Made by a program: the position numbers and the translations under genes
The notes under the pieces: generated by a model
Databases searched by the model: none
What the model was told of the DNA's origin: nothing
Seen by the model: the letters and a program-made list of their open reading frames with translations, nothing else
DNA from: Welwitschia mirabilis
Taxonomy: Eukaryota
Direction: 5' to 3'
Length of the DNA: 58,519 bases
Assembly (NCBI GenBank): GCA_051453625.1
Contig: JBOZIK010000001.1
Span: 27,780,562-27,839,080 of the forward strand
Part shown: positions 39,262 through 51,500 of the stretch, piece after piece
Layout: the number at the start of each line of letters is the position of its first letter
Position numbering within the stretch: position 1 is the stretch's first letter

Positions 39262-40314
39262 TGTTGTGCTGCCAATTTACAGTTATTTGATGAGGTTTTA
39301 TGAGTTGTTTTGTAGGACTTTTATACTAGTTTAGATGTAATTCTGAGGGTTTTAAAGATATAATAGGTAATCTCAGAAAAGTGCAATTATTATCCAAATT
39401 TGATGCATTAAAGGCACTTTTTGATGAACAGATATTTGAAGAAGGATTTATCATAAAAATTCTAAGTCCTCTTCAAAGAAATAATCAAAGAAAACCATAA
39501 TCCCTCTCATCGTCCACATAATAGATAAGACGACAACTGCTGAGTCATCATTTTAAAGATATTTTATGATGTGTTGTCATCCCCTATGTCATCTGGACGA
39601 AAGTCGAATGACACTAACATGTAACTATCACTGATATATTTCCTTAACCATTTCGTTCATTTCTAAGTCCTTAATGAATGCACCTAACTGCACCTACTGT
39701 TTATCCTTTTCTATTATATTGTCCTATAAATAAGCCCCCCTTCAACTCTCCTTCTCATCTTCGATGCACCAGACATTCTCGTGATAGGAGATCAAAGGAT
39801 GGAGTATCCATCTACATGTGTTGTAGAAAGATATGCACTTAATAGAGGGTTATGTATCCTCCATTGAGACCAGTTATTTTGTAACCTGAATTCTATTACT
39901 CTTTTAATATAAATCTTAGTCTTATTTTCATGTTTGCATTGTAGATTTTCTTATAATCCTTATAGTATATGTTGCCCCTAATCTGGTGATAATTTCTTGG
40001 GTAATATAGATCATTAAGGGTATCCTTTGTTAAAGCTGAAAGCAAGTTATGTTAGGATCATTTTTTATTACATATTAAATTAGGTTACATCTTGTATTTG
40101 CATTTCACTTTATTTTCTACACTGTTATTTATCTTTGGTTCCCATTTTCTTTTGTGAAAATAATCAAGTCTTATCTCATAGCCTTTATCAAGAATATGAT
40201 ATTTAGGTTAACTCCCAACTATACTAGGGTGATTTATTATGTAAGATGTCTATTTTGATTATAAGTGACAAGATCTTTTGAAGTATAATACTTACACAAA
40301 TATTCACCACAAAA
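39262..40314 (+). repeat. Family-B LTR 2 (divergent subtype), shared between two units
   Basis: Preceded by PPT AAGGCTAATTGGGGGGCTA; followed by a PBS remnant and a 5' UTR matching 34200 onward. Confidence 0.88.
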
Positions 40315-41442
40315 AATTGACTATTGCTAAGGAAGGCTACTGATAAGTATAAGGGTTGTTATTGTTTGAGTAAGTATATCAAATTTCCATTTGATTATTT
40401 ATATATATTGATGATGTATTTTTATTAGAAATCTTAGGTCTTGTTTGTAGTCTTTTAGTTTTAGTTTTTATTTTCAAATTTCATTTTTCTATAATAAATC
40501 AGTCCTTGTCATCTTCTTCATCATCCAAATGACCAAGAGGATGATAGCTCTTTCCCCCCTAGTTTTTGATTTTTGTCAGTTTTTGTTCTTCTTCTATTTT
40601 TTGGTTTTTGTGTTGTTATCCCCTCGGTCATTCCAACGATAAACAGGATGTCATTGTTATTTTTGATTTTTTTTTCTATTTTTCTCCATTTGTAGGGACT
40701 CTGGTATGATTAGTTTTAAAAAAGTATTATCAAAGAAAAAGAACTACTAATAGAAAAACGTATTAAAAGAAGGACTACTCAGTTTCAACATAAAATTAGG
40801 AATGCAAATTCTAGATGCATGCATTCTTTTTTCTAAGCTCATTTTATTTGTAAAACATTAAAACTTGAACATCACTAGGCACCTATCTTAATCTTATATT
40901 TTCTTATTACTATTCTTTAAAAAAATAAATAGTGATATAAGGACTCGTTTAGAAAATTTTTTTAAAAAGTCTAGAAAAGAACCTAGGAATAATAGTAAGA
41001 ATACACTTAGAGAAACATTTTCAGAAAAAGGGTTAATAATATGAAATGATGTTGAGAGTAGAGATTGGGCTCATTCCTCTTTTCAACCATCTTATTATAC
41101 CCCCTTTCCATTTCAAAAATCAGATAGAAATAATANNNNNNNNNNNNNNNNNNNNNNNNNNNNNNNNNNNNNNNNNNNNNNNNNNNNNNNNNNNNNNNNN
41201 NNNNNNNNNNNNNNNNNNNNNNNNNNNNNNNNNNNAAATTTTAACTTAACTTAGATCTTTTATGAAATAAAATTTTCAAATTTAAATACACATTATGCAT
41301 TACTTGTTATTTGTTTATATGATTTGTTTTATGAGCCTATTTTATAACTTTTAAAATTATCTTTCAAAAAATAAGTTAGCTCGTAATTATGATTTTTTAC
41401 CTTATTTTTATCATAGAATGACAATGGCTAAGTGAGATGCTA

Positions 41443-42524
41443 TGTTGAACTACTAATTTGTGGTTATTTTATGAGGTTTTATAAGTTTTTTTATAGGAAT
41501 TTTATATAGGTTTAGGTGCAATTTTGAGGATTTTGGAGATTCAATAGGAAATCTCGAACATGTGTGATTCCTATCCAAATTTGATGTATTAAGGACACAT
41601 TCTAATGCATAGATCTTTGAAGAAGTATTATTGATACAAAATGCTAAGTTTATTCTCAACAAAATGATTAAAGAAGATCATTGTCCCTCTCATCATCCTC
41701 ATGACAAGCAAGACGATAACTGCTAATGTGAACTGCTGAATCACCACTGAGTCATCATTTTGACTCATTGTTTGTAATGTGCTATCATCACTATTATCAT
41801 CTAAACAATAGTCAGGATAACAATAATATGTAACTGACTTTGACAGTGACCTTTAACTATTTCATCCATTTCATTTATGAGCATGCCTAGTTACATCTAC
41901 TATTTTCCTTTTTCTATTGTGAGTTATTATAAATAAACCCTTCTTTGACTCTTCTTCTCATCTTCATTGCATCAGAAATTCTTGTGATAGAAGATCAATG
42001 GATAGGAGATCTATCTTAAGTATTGCAGAAAGACATGCACTTGTTGAAAGGCTATGTATACTCTATTAAGACCCAACTATTTTGTAACCATAATGCTTGT
42101 TACATATTCTTAATATAAACTTTGTTTTATTTTGATCTTTGCATTATAGATTTTTTGATGACCCTTATACTCTATGTTGTCCTTGGTCTGATGACAATTT
42201 CTTAGGTGATATAAATTATTAAGGGCAGCCTTTATTAAAGCTAAAAGCAAGTAGTGTTAGTTCCATTTTGCATTGCATGTTAGATTATGTTGCATATTAC
42301 ATTTGCTTTATAGCTTTTATTTCTTGTTTTGTTCTTTATTTCTGGTTCCTATTATTCTTTTATAAAGTAATTCAAGTCTTATCTCATAGTCTTCAATGTG
42401 AATATGACATTTTGGGTCTACTTCCACTCATACTAGTGTGTTGTATAGTGTAAGATATCTATTTATTTTATAAACAATATAATCCTTTTAAAATTAAGCA
42501 CTTGTACAACAACAAATTACAACA
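41443..42524 (+). repeat. Family-B LTR 3
   Basis: TGTTGAACTAC...TTACAACA; preceded by 3' UTR/PPT sequence and followed by an AATTGA PBS stub. Confidence 0.88.
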
Positions 42525-42762
42525 AATTGAGAGATCCATTTACATGGCTCATTTTTAAAAATTTCAAAATTCAGATCTTTCATGAAATAAAAATTTTAAA
42601 TTTAAATACATAGTATGAATTACTTATCATTTATTTATGTAATGTATTTTATGAGCCTATTTTATAACTTCTAGACTTATCTTTCAAAAAATAAATTATC
42701 TTGCAATTATGGTTTTTCATCTGGTTTTTATCAGGGACTGACAAAGATTAAGTGGAAGGTCA

Positions 42763-43820
42763 TGTTGCACTATCAATTTATGGTTATTTGATGGGGTTTC
42801 ATAAGTTATTTTGTAGGAATTTTATACAGGTTTAGGTATAATTCTAAGGATTTTAGAGATTTAATAGGAAATCTCACAAATATGTGATTCTTACCTAAAG
42901 GCAAATTCTGATGCATAGATCTTTGAAGATTGATAAAAATTCTAAGTTTTTTCTCAAGAAAATGATTAAAAAATACCATCATTTCTTTTGTCATCCCTAC
43001 AATAGGCAAGACGATAACTACTAATGTGGACTACTGAATCACTACTAAGTCATCATTCTGAGTCATCACTTGTTATGTGCTATTGTCCACATTATCATTT
43101 GGATGACAATCAGGATGACATTAATATGTAACTGACTCTGACATTGAATTTTAACTATTTCATCCATTTCATTTATGAGAGCACCTAACTATACCTATCA
43201 TATATCTTTTTTTATTATGAGTTGTTATAAATAAAACCCCCTTCTACTCTTCTTCTGATCTTCATTGCACTAGAAATTCTTGTGATAGCAGATCGAAGGA
43301 CGAAAGGTCCAACTTAAATGTTGCAGAAAGACATGCACTTAGTGGATTACTATGTATCCTCCATTGAGACATGATTGTTTTGTAACCAAGATGCTTGTTA
43401 CTCTTCTTAATATAAAACCTTATTTTATTCTCATATTTGCATTGTAGATTTTTTGATGACCATTATAGTCTATGTTGCCCTTGATCTGATAAAAACTTCT
43501 TGGGTGATATAGATTATTAAGAGCAGCCTTTGTTAAGACTGAAAGCAAGTAGTATTAGTTTCATTTTGCATTCATTTAGGTTACTTACATTTTGCATTTG
43601 AGTTGCATTCCTTTATTTTCTTACATTGTTATTCATTTCTAGTTCCTATCTCATTCTGTAAAGTAACCTAAGTCTTATATCATAGTCTTTAACGTGAATA
43701 TCACATTTTAGGTCTACTCTCACTCATACTAGTATGTTGTATTGTGTAAGATATCTATTTATTTTATGAATGATAGAATCTTTCTGAACTTAAGCAGTTG
43801 CATAAATATAAACCACAACA
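42763..43820 (+). repeat. Family-B LTR 4 (terminal)
   Basis: TGTTGCACTATC...AACCACAACA followed directly by the TSD ACCAT. Confidence 0.9.
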
Positions 43821-43899
43821 ACCATAATGATACTTAGTAAATGATATGTTTAAATAAAAATCATGAGATTTTATATAATCCATTGGGGTATGATGCATA

Positions 43900-45150
43900 A
43901 TACAACATAATAAATCACTTATCTTATTATGTTATAATGAACTCTTGATGCACAGTAGGCATAGGGATGGGTGGAAAAGAAGAAGGATGCTCAAGATCTA
44001 TAGGGAAACAATGGTCTAATGATGTCATAATAGAGCATGCTGTCTCATTTCCCTATACTCCAACTGCCTCTAGAAGATTAACTATTACACTATGCTCGAT
44101 ATGTAGAATGTACTTATTCATATCATTTAACTACTTCTTAGTGTGTTTTACTCTTCTTTTAACTATGGAAATCCTTTACTCAAGTGTGATGATGCCTTAA
44201 TCTACCATACATCTAATGCTCTATGTCATATCTACCAAAAGAGCCTAAATCTGCTTAGTAATAATGTTGATCATAAGTCTCTTACCTGAGGTTTCATTGC
44301 CTTTTTTGGTATCTAAATGCCCATGTCTTATAGTTAAAAAGTCAAAGTCTAAATATGTGTGAGTATTTGCTTACCATTAGGTGACATGACTGAAAGAATA
44401 TAAGGATATCCCAAAGTCTGTAACTGTCATGCCTCAATCATACTCCTGAATCTCCTCCAAATAAAGGTTAGTAGATCTATTTGTTCCTCCTACCTAAATA
44501 CTGCTAACATCTGAAGGTGCACAACCATAGCATGACTATCATGAAATGAAGTACTGATGTTATGAATTAATCTAATATGAAGAATTTAATAGTTAGGTGA
44601 TAATTGTATTGCTAAAACTTCTTCTCTATTAGTAGTTAGATCATATGGTATGTCTAATACTACACTGTAAGCATGACACTACTCTATATTTCTAGCTAAA
44701 TAGATATGTATACTCTTGATGCCACTTAGATTAATAATAGTAGTAATGTAATTTAGGAGAATTGCTATCTCATAACCATGAATGATATCTATGATCATAT
44801 CAACAAGTCAGTCATGAGCATCGAAATACCTCTCTCTATATGTATAGTATCATAAAAATCTCTAGTCTCCAAGATGTAATATGTTTCTTATGCATCTATG
44901 ATTTATTGAATTTATAGATCCATTAGTCTGTAATTCTTCTTTGGCTCTAAATGACTTATGAAGCTATTAAAATGTCTTTTTACAAAAATGATAATTTTCT
45001 AAATTAAGAGAAACATAGCCTAAACAAGGTGAAGGGTGGAATGGGTCTTCTTACTAAACCTCTAGTGGTCCAAATGAACCTACATTCTACTCTATTTCCT
45101 TGGCCTTTTTCTTGACCTATCTTGCTCTACATGTGCATGGATTAATCAGT
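43900..45150 (-). pseudogene. Degenerate ORF, possibly plant mobile domain (PMD/aminotransferase-like), in the 3' internal region of the family-D element
   Basis: Minus-strand fragments GYEIAILLNYITTIINL, HFMIVML..APSDVSS, LEEIQEYD*G (YxWG; 44431-44442) and L*TWAFRY occur in PMD-like order. Locally higher GC. Heavily decayed. Confidence 0.4.
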
Positions 45151-46688
45151 TATAAACATAAAATGCATCATAGGAGATCAAGTTGAGATAACTGAAAAAT
45201 ATCACGTAGAAGCTAAAGATGACCTCATAAATTGGTTTTTAATGTGTAAAAATTATAAAAATATTCCCTATCATTTCCAAGTGTATAAATACATTTTAGT
45301 ATTACCTAATTATTCAAAGAAAAATGCAAAATTTGAGAAAAAGTCAAAATGTATAAAATTGGTGAACCCCACATAAGATAAAAATGAAATCTCTGAAATT
45401 AAAAATTTAATCTAATAAAATCATAGAGCTTTTTGTACTAAATAATTTTCCCTAAAGAACCACTACATTTTTACTTATGGTTTTTGAGAAAATAAGGTTT
45501 AAATTTGAAAACCTAATTCTTCCTCATAAAATGAACAATTTGAGATATCTCATAAAATATGCAATGAAAATCATATTCATAAGTATGAAATTAAAGAAAA
45601 TAAAAACTAAATGATATATTAGAACTACATATTAAAAGGCTTAAAAACCATAGAAAAAATTAAAAATAATATATGAGAGAGAGAAAAACAAACCTCATTT
45701 TAAAAAATTAATTCAACATTTACAATCTAGAGCACTAATCTGGAAGGAAAAAGTTTAAGACATCGATAGGAACTAGAGTAACTATTTTTTCTTAGAGAAA
45801 AAAATGAAAATAATAGAGAAATAAAGAAAAATGAGAGAAAAGAAATGCAGCCATGGGGTTATTACACTATCAACTAGCCCATTATTCAGATGATAGCCAT
45901 GGGATGACTCTAAGAAAAATTTCATTTTTGATTGTCCATGTCATCTAAAAAATGTAGTGGATAATAGAACTTTAAAAAGTTTTAGAAAAATAAAGATGTC
46001 ATCCAAAGATGTTAACTTTAAATAATAGCATGAAAGTTTTAGAAAAGATGAAAAATGGGAAATAGTAAAGAATCATGATGAATAAGGATATTGAGAAAAA
46101 ACTCAAAGGAATTGAAATATATGATGATCAAAATTCACTAAGTAGGTTAAATCCTATCAAAAACAACTAAAGAAATGTATTAAACTTAAAAAATAATCAT
46201 GAAAGTATGTAAAAACTCCAAAAGACTTAAAGGAATATCAAAAAAAATCATAACGAAATCATCTAAGAGTAAGAGAAGGTCATCTAATTAAAATGCTAAA
46301 AGAAAGTCAACTTTGATTAATAAGAATGACATAAATAATAGCAAGGAAATTACTAAATGATTAGGTTTTAATTGATAATAAAAAAAATTACTAAAATTAA
46401 TTTTAAATAATAACTAAAAAACTAAAGAAAGATAAAATAAAAATAGACACAAGAACCATGAAGAAAATAGTTTACGTACCCTAAATTCTAACCTAGCAAT
46501 TCCCCCTAGAAGATACTATAAAACCACCTAAGTAAAGATGCATGAAAAATATAATGACTTTATAATACTTCAGTTAAAAAAGTAGTGATTATGATGATAC
46601 TAAAGATTAAGGTAGTGATCATGATAACACTAGATGAAGACAAAAAAGTAAAAAGATACAAAAAGCATGAAAAAGATAGATTATCTAC

Positions 46689-48048
46689 TATTGCGATGCC
46701 AATTTGTAATAATTTAATGATGTATTTAGAGTACTTTTGTAAGACATTTATAGGTTTGGATGCAATTCTAAAGATTATTAAGAGTTGATAGGATAATTAT
46801 GGAAACATGTAATTCTTAACATAATTAGAGGTATTTTAGGCATGTTCTGATACTTAGCATATTGGAAGAAAATCAATGATGAAGAAGGCTAATTTTCTTT
46901 ACCTAAGGAGCTTTGGAAGGGTTTCTTCCTTGCTATTATTCCCATGCCATAGGGCATGATAGAACTAGATTTTTCTAATGTAAGAGCAATGTGAACTAAG
47001 GCTTGGATCCAATGAAGCCACTTTTCTAAGGAGGTATTATTCCCATTGTCATTCCCATGACATGAGGGATGAAAGCATATCTAGAGCCAACTATAAGGTT
47101 AATTGTAGAGTTAGAAGATAATGATTTATCTACTATTATGGGGCATCATTCCTATGTCATCTCCATGATAGTTAAGATGATAACTATTTTATATAAGTGG
47201 GACTAAATGATTTAGTAATTGGGTCATGCACCTTACTTGGGCTATTAGGATTTCTTATTCAACTTCTAGGGTTACATTTCTAGAACTTTCAATGTTAAAC
47301 TATAAATACCACCTCTTATCCTTACTTCCATTTCATCTTTTATATCTAATAAACTTTTGATGGAATATTGAAGGATAAGAGATCCATCCAATGGCTACAG
47401 AAAGGAGTTCCCTTGGTGTTATGCTGAGTCTCTTTCATTGAGGTGCTACTATTTTGTTGTAATTGGATGTAAATTTCATGAATTAATCTAATTACTCTTT
47501 GAATTAATACAATTTCTTTTTTCATTCCAATTTTGTGCATATTCCTTATGGTTTAAATTGGTCATCTTTCAGTTACTATTTTGTGATTTATTTAGATCAT
47601 AAGGGAAACCTTTGTTAAGGTTGAATTTGGTTAGTATTATATTACATTATTATTCCATTTTTATTTCACATTGCATTCATTATTCTACTTGGTATATCTC
47701 ATATTGGTCAGGAATAAGTTAAGTGCTCTTCTTAATTGATTTAAATTATAGAGAACTAGTTCTTGTGATAGAAGATTAGGAACCAATAAAATTCATTCCA
47801 TTTCCATTTGTATTTCATATTCATTCTCATTGCATTGGATTTAATTTATTATTTACTTTTAGTTATTAACAGATAAGAACTAAAAATATCTTGGGAAATC
47901 AATTTTCTAACTCTGAACCTAGTGTATTCATTAGGATTATGACATTCAGATGAACTTTCATCTATACTAGTATGTATTTTTTTATAGGTTATTTAATATA
48001 TAAGTTTATCTAAAAGAATTTAAGAATGCATAAATTCACACTGCAACA
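46689..48048 (+). repeat. Family-C LTR 1 (about 1.36 kb)
   Basis: TATTGCGATGCC...CTGCAACA; CTATAAATACC at ~47300; direct repeat of 56330-57699; PBS TGATGTCATTACTAAGAA at 48052-48069. Confidence 0.9.
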
Positions 48049-48519
48049 TTTTGATGTCATTACTAAGAAAGGCAGTAAGGAGTTAGAGAATTATCACTAT
48101 AAGTACCTTAAATATTTTTTTTACATTATTTATTTATATTAGTGTTATATTATTAGTAAAACTTAAAATAGGTTTACTTCAACAAAGTTCTATTTTCTAT
48201 AGTTTTTAAGAATCCTATCATTCTCTATGTCATTTCAATGACATTGGGCATAATAGTTCTACAATTTTGAAATTAATTTTTGATTTCACAATTTTTTTCT
48301 ATTCTTATTTTAATAATAAAGTTACTATCATATTCTTTGTCATCCTCATGATAGACTAGATGATAGTCTTTAGTAATTTTTCTAAGATTTTATGAGTTTT
48401 TAAGTTTTAATTTTCTATTTGTATAATTATCATCTCTCTTGTCATTTCCATGATTAGGTGCATGATGGAATGTTATTTTTCATGTTAAATTTCTATTTGT
48501 TATCTATGCATGCACAGAC

Positions 48520-51500
48520 ATAGTTAATTTTGGTAGAAAGATAAAATATCAGATGGAGCGAAACTTGATTGAAGAAAATATTAGATAAGGATTATTCAAC
48601 TTCAAGAAAAATCTAGGTATGCACATCATAGGTATGTAAATTCCAAGAATTTTTTTCCCTTATTTTAGAATAATTTTTTTCTTTTTCTTTATAGTTATTT
48701 TATTAGTTATTTTCATGACATTTAAAATAAATAGCCATTACACATCTTTTGAGTGATAAGGACCAACAATTTCTACAAAATGATAAAACATCAAAAAGAG
48801 GAAAACTTGGTTTTTATTGTGTGCTTATCTTTCTTACCATGCTAAAATAAAATTATCTTACTTCATTATTCTTAATTACTTCAATGAATAGTGATAGTAA
48901 AACTGTTAGGGAACTTCTTGCTGAAAGAAGGAGAAACTTTAAACATTTTGAGTATAATAGTAAGAAAACACTTTGAGAGATATTGGCAAAAAGGAGGAGA
49001 AATATTTCTAAGGTTTATAATGATCAAATACTTTAAAATATTTTTACAAGAGGGAGAACAACAAAAAATGCTATTTAGAGTAGGAATTAGACCCCTTCCT
49101 CTTTCCAGTCTTCTTATTCTTTTCCCTCTTCTTTTTAAACCTTATATAGAAATGACAATGAAGGTTTTCCATATTTTAGGAATTCCACCTAATTTAGATG
49201 AACTTTCTATAATACTTTTTTATCAATCTCAACCATCTCCCATGCATTACTATGAAGAAGAACAATCTCCCATGACTTATTATGAGGAAGAAAATGATTT
49301 ATTAAAAGAAAATATTGACAAAACAAAGAAGAACTAATAAAACACCAACAATAATATAGAAAAATTAGTTGAAATCTTGTAACAAACATTATTCCAAAAT
49401 CATGGTTATTTTACATCACCACATCCTCAAAACTATCCTACTTAATTCTTACTTAAGGAAAATGAGGAGAACTTAGACAGAAATGATGATGATTCTTGTT
49501 TTTAATTCAAACATGAAATTTTGGATTAAACTTCAACATCCTACTCATTAGGAGATGAGAAAAGGGAAGATAATAATAACTTAACTCAATCTTTGAACAA
49601 TAAGGATGAGGATGACCATTCATTAGATAATGATATTGAGGTATTAGATTATATCCCTATAATCCATTTACTACTAGCTGAAGAATCCACTCATGAAAAA
49701 TATGAATCCGTGATAAATATCATGATCGCATTTCTTCTTCTAATGAATTTAAAAATAATAAAATGCAACAAGATGATGAGAATGGTGAAGAAGAAGAAGA
49801 TGATGATATATTAGATCATATCCTTGGTTTTTACTTACTTTGTGAGGAAGATGGAGAGTTCAACATCTTGAAAAAGTTCAACATATGAGATTAAGGGAGC
49901 ATTTAAGTAGTAAAACAAAATTAGTGAAGAATTTACATTATAAAGGGAGTCATCCATTTCTGTCGTCTAGATAACAGTCTGAGACGATAGTCAGTAACAT
50001 CAACTCAATAACTAAAAATGAGGATTACAGTTTAGAATTAATAAGATTATTCAATAGATAGAAAGAAGATTCAACTCAAGAAATATCAAAAAATCTCCCA
50101 TCACATAATGAAGACAATGAGAAATTTCCTTTTTATAATCTTTTTAATGATCTTTTTGAGGAATCAATCAATTTAAAAAAGAAAAATAATCCTCAACAAA
50201 ACAATAATAAGTTGAATAAAGAAGAGCAAGATATAATCAATGATATCAGTAAAGGCAATGAAGAAGAGGGAGATATGATCAAAGATTACAATGAAGAAAG
50301 TAAAGAAAGCATTCAACCAAGTAATGATGAAGTTAACAATGAGAAGAAGAGAAATAAAGAAGAAGCAATTAAAAATCAAACAAACTTAATAGAGAATAGA
50401 CTTATANNNNNNNNNNNNNNNNNNNNNNNNNNNNNNNNNNNNNNNNNNNNNNNNNNNNNNNNNNNNNNNNNNNNNNNNNNNNNNNNNNNNNNNNNNNNNN
50501 NNNNNNTAAGCATGCAAGGACATGATGAATTCTAGTAGAAAGATAGAGTATCAGAGGGAGCACTTGATTGAATGAACTATTAGATAAGGATTATTTAGCT
50601 TTGAGCAAAATTCAGATTTGCACATCCTAGGTATATAAGTTTTGAGAATTGAAGAAGAATATTTTTTCTATTTTTATTATTTTAAAATCATATTTTCTCT
50701 TCTCTTTTTAGTCATTCTATTAGTTATTTTACAATAGTTAAAATAGACAGCCATTACACATCTTTTGAGTATTAAGGATCACTAATTTTTATAAAACAAT
50801 GAAACATCAAAGAGAGAAAAACTTGATCTTCAATTGTAATTATCTTCCTTACCATATTGAGATAAAATTCTCTTATTTCATTCTTTCCAATTGCTTCAAT
50901 GAATAGTGATAGAAGGACATTTAGGGAAATTCTTTCTAAAAGAAGGAAAAACTTAAAGAATTCTGAGGATAATAGTAAGAAAACACTTTGAGAGATCTTT
51001 GTAGAAAGGAGAAAAAATATAATAGACTCTAAAGTTTATAATGCCCAAATACTTAAAGAGGTTTTTGAAAGAGGGATACTTATACTAAATGCTATTGAGA
51101 TTAGGAATTGGGCCCCTTCTTCTTTTCAAACTTCTTATTCTTTTTCCTATTCTTTTCACACCTCATATAGAAATGACAATGAATATTCTCCACATTTTAG
51201 GAATTTCATCTCATTTAGAACAAATTCCTACAATTATTTTTGTCCATTTCAATCATCTACGATGCATGACTCTGAAGATGAATCATCTCTTATAAACTAC
51301 TATGAGGAAGAAAATAATCCATTAAAAGAAAAGGTTGGTGAAATAAAGAAGAACCAAGAAAACACCAATAAGAACCTAGAAAAAATAGTTAAAATTTTGC
51401 AATAAACATTATTACAAAATCAAGTTTATTTTATAATATAGCATCCTCAAAATTATGCTACTTTATTATACCTTAAGGAAAATGAGGAGAACTTAGACAC

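Larger units (their letters stand above)
33119..43820 (+). mobile_element. Four-LTR compound non-autonomous Athila-like element (family B) with a single ACCAT TSD
   Basis: Four same-orientation LTRs of about 1.06 kb; ACCAT at 33114-33118 and 43821-43825; the internal LTRs have a PPT upstream and a PBS or PBS stub downstream. Confidence 0.85.

Noticed and set aside
45200..45800. MULE-like subterminal sequence
   Set aside because: No terminal inverted repeat pair or 9-bp TSD found.
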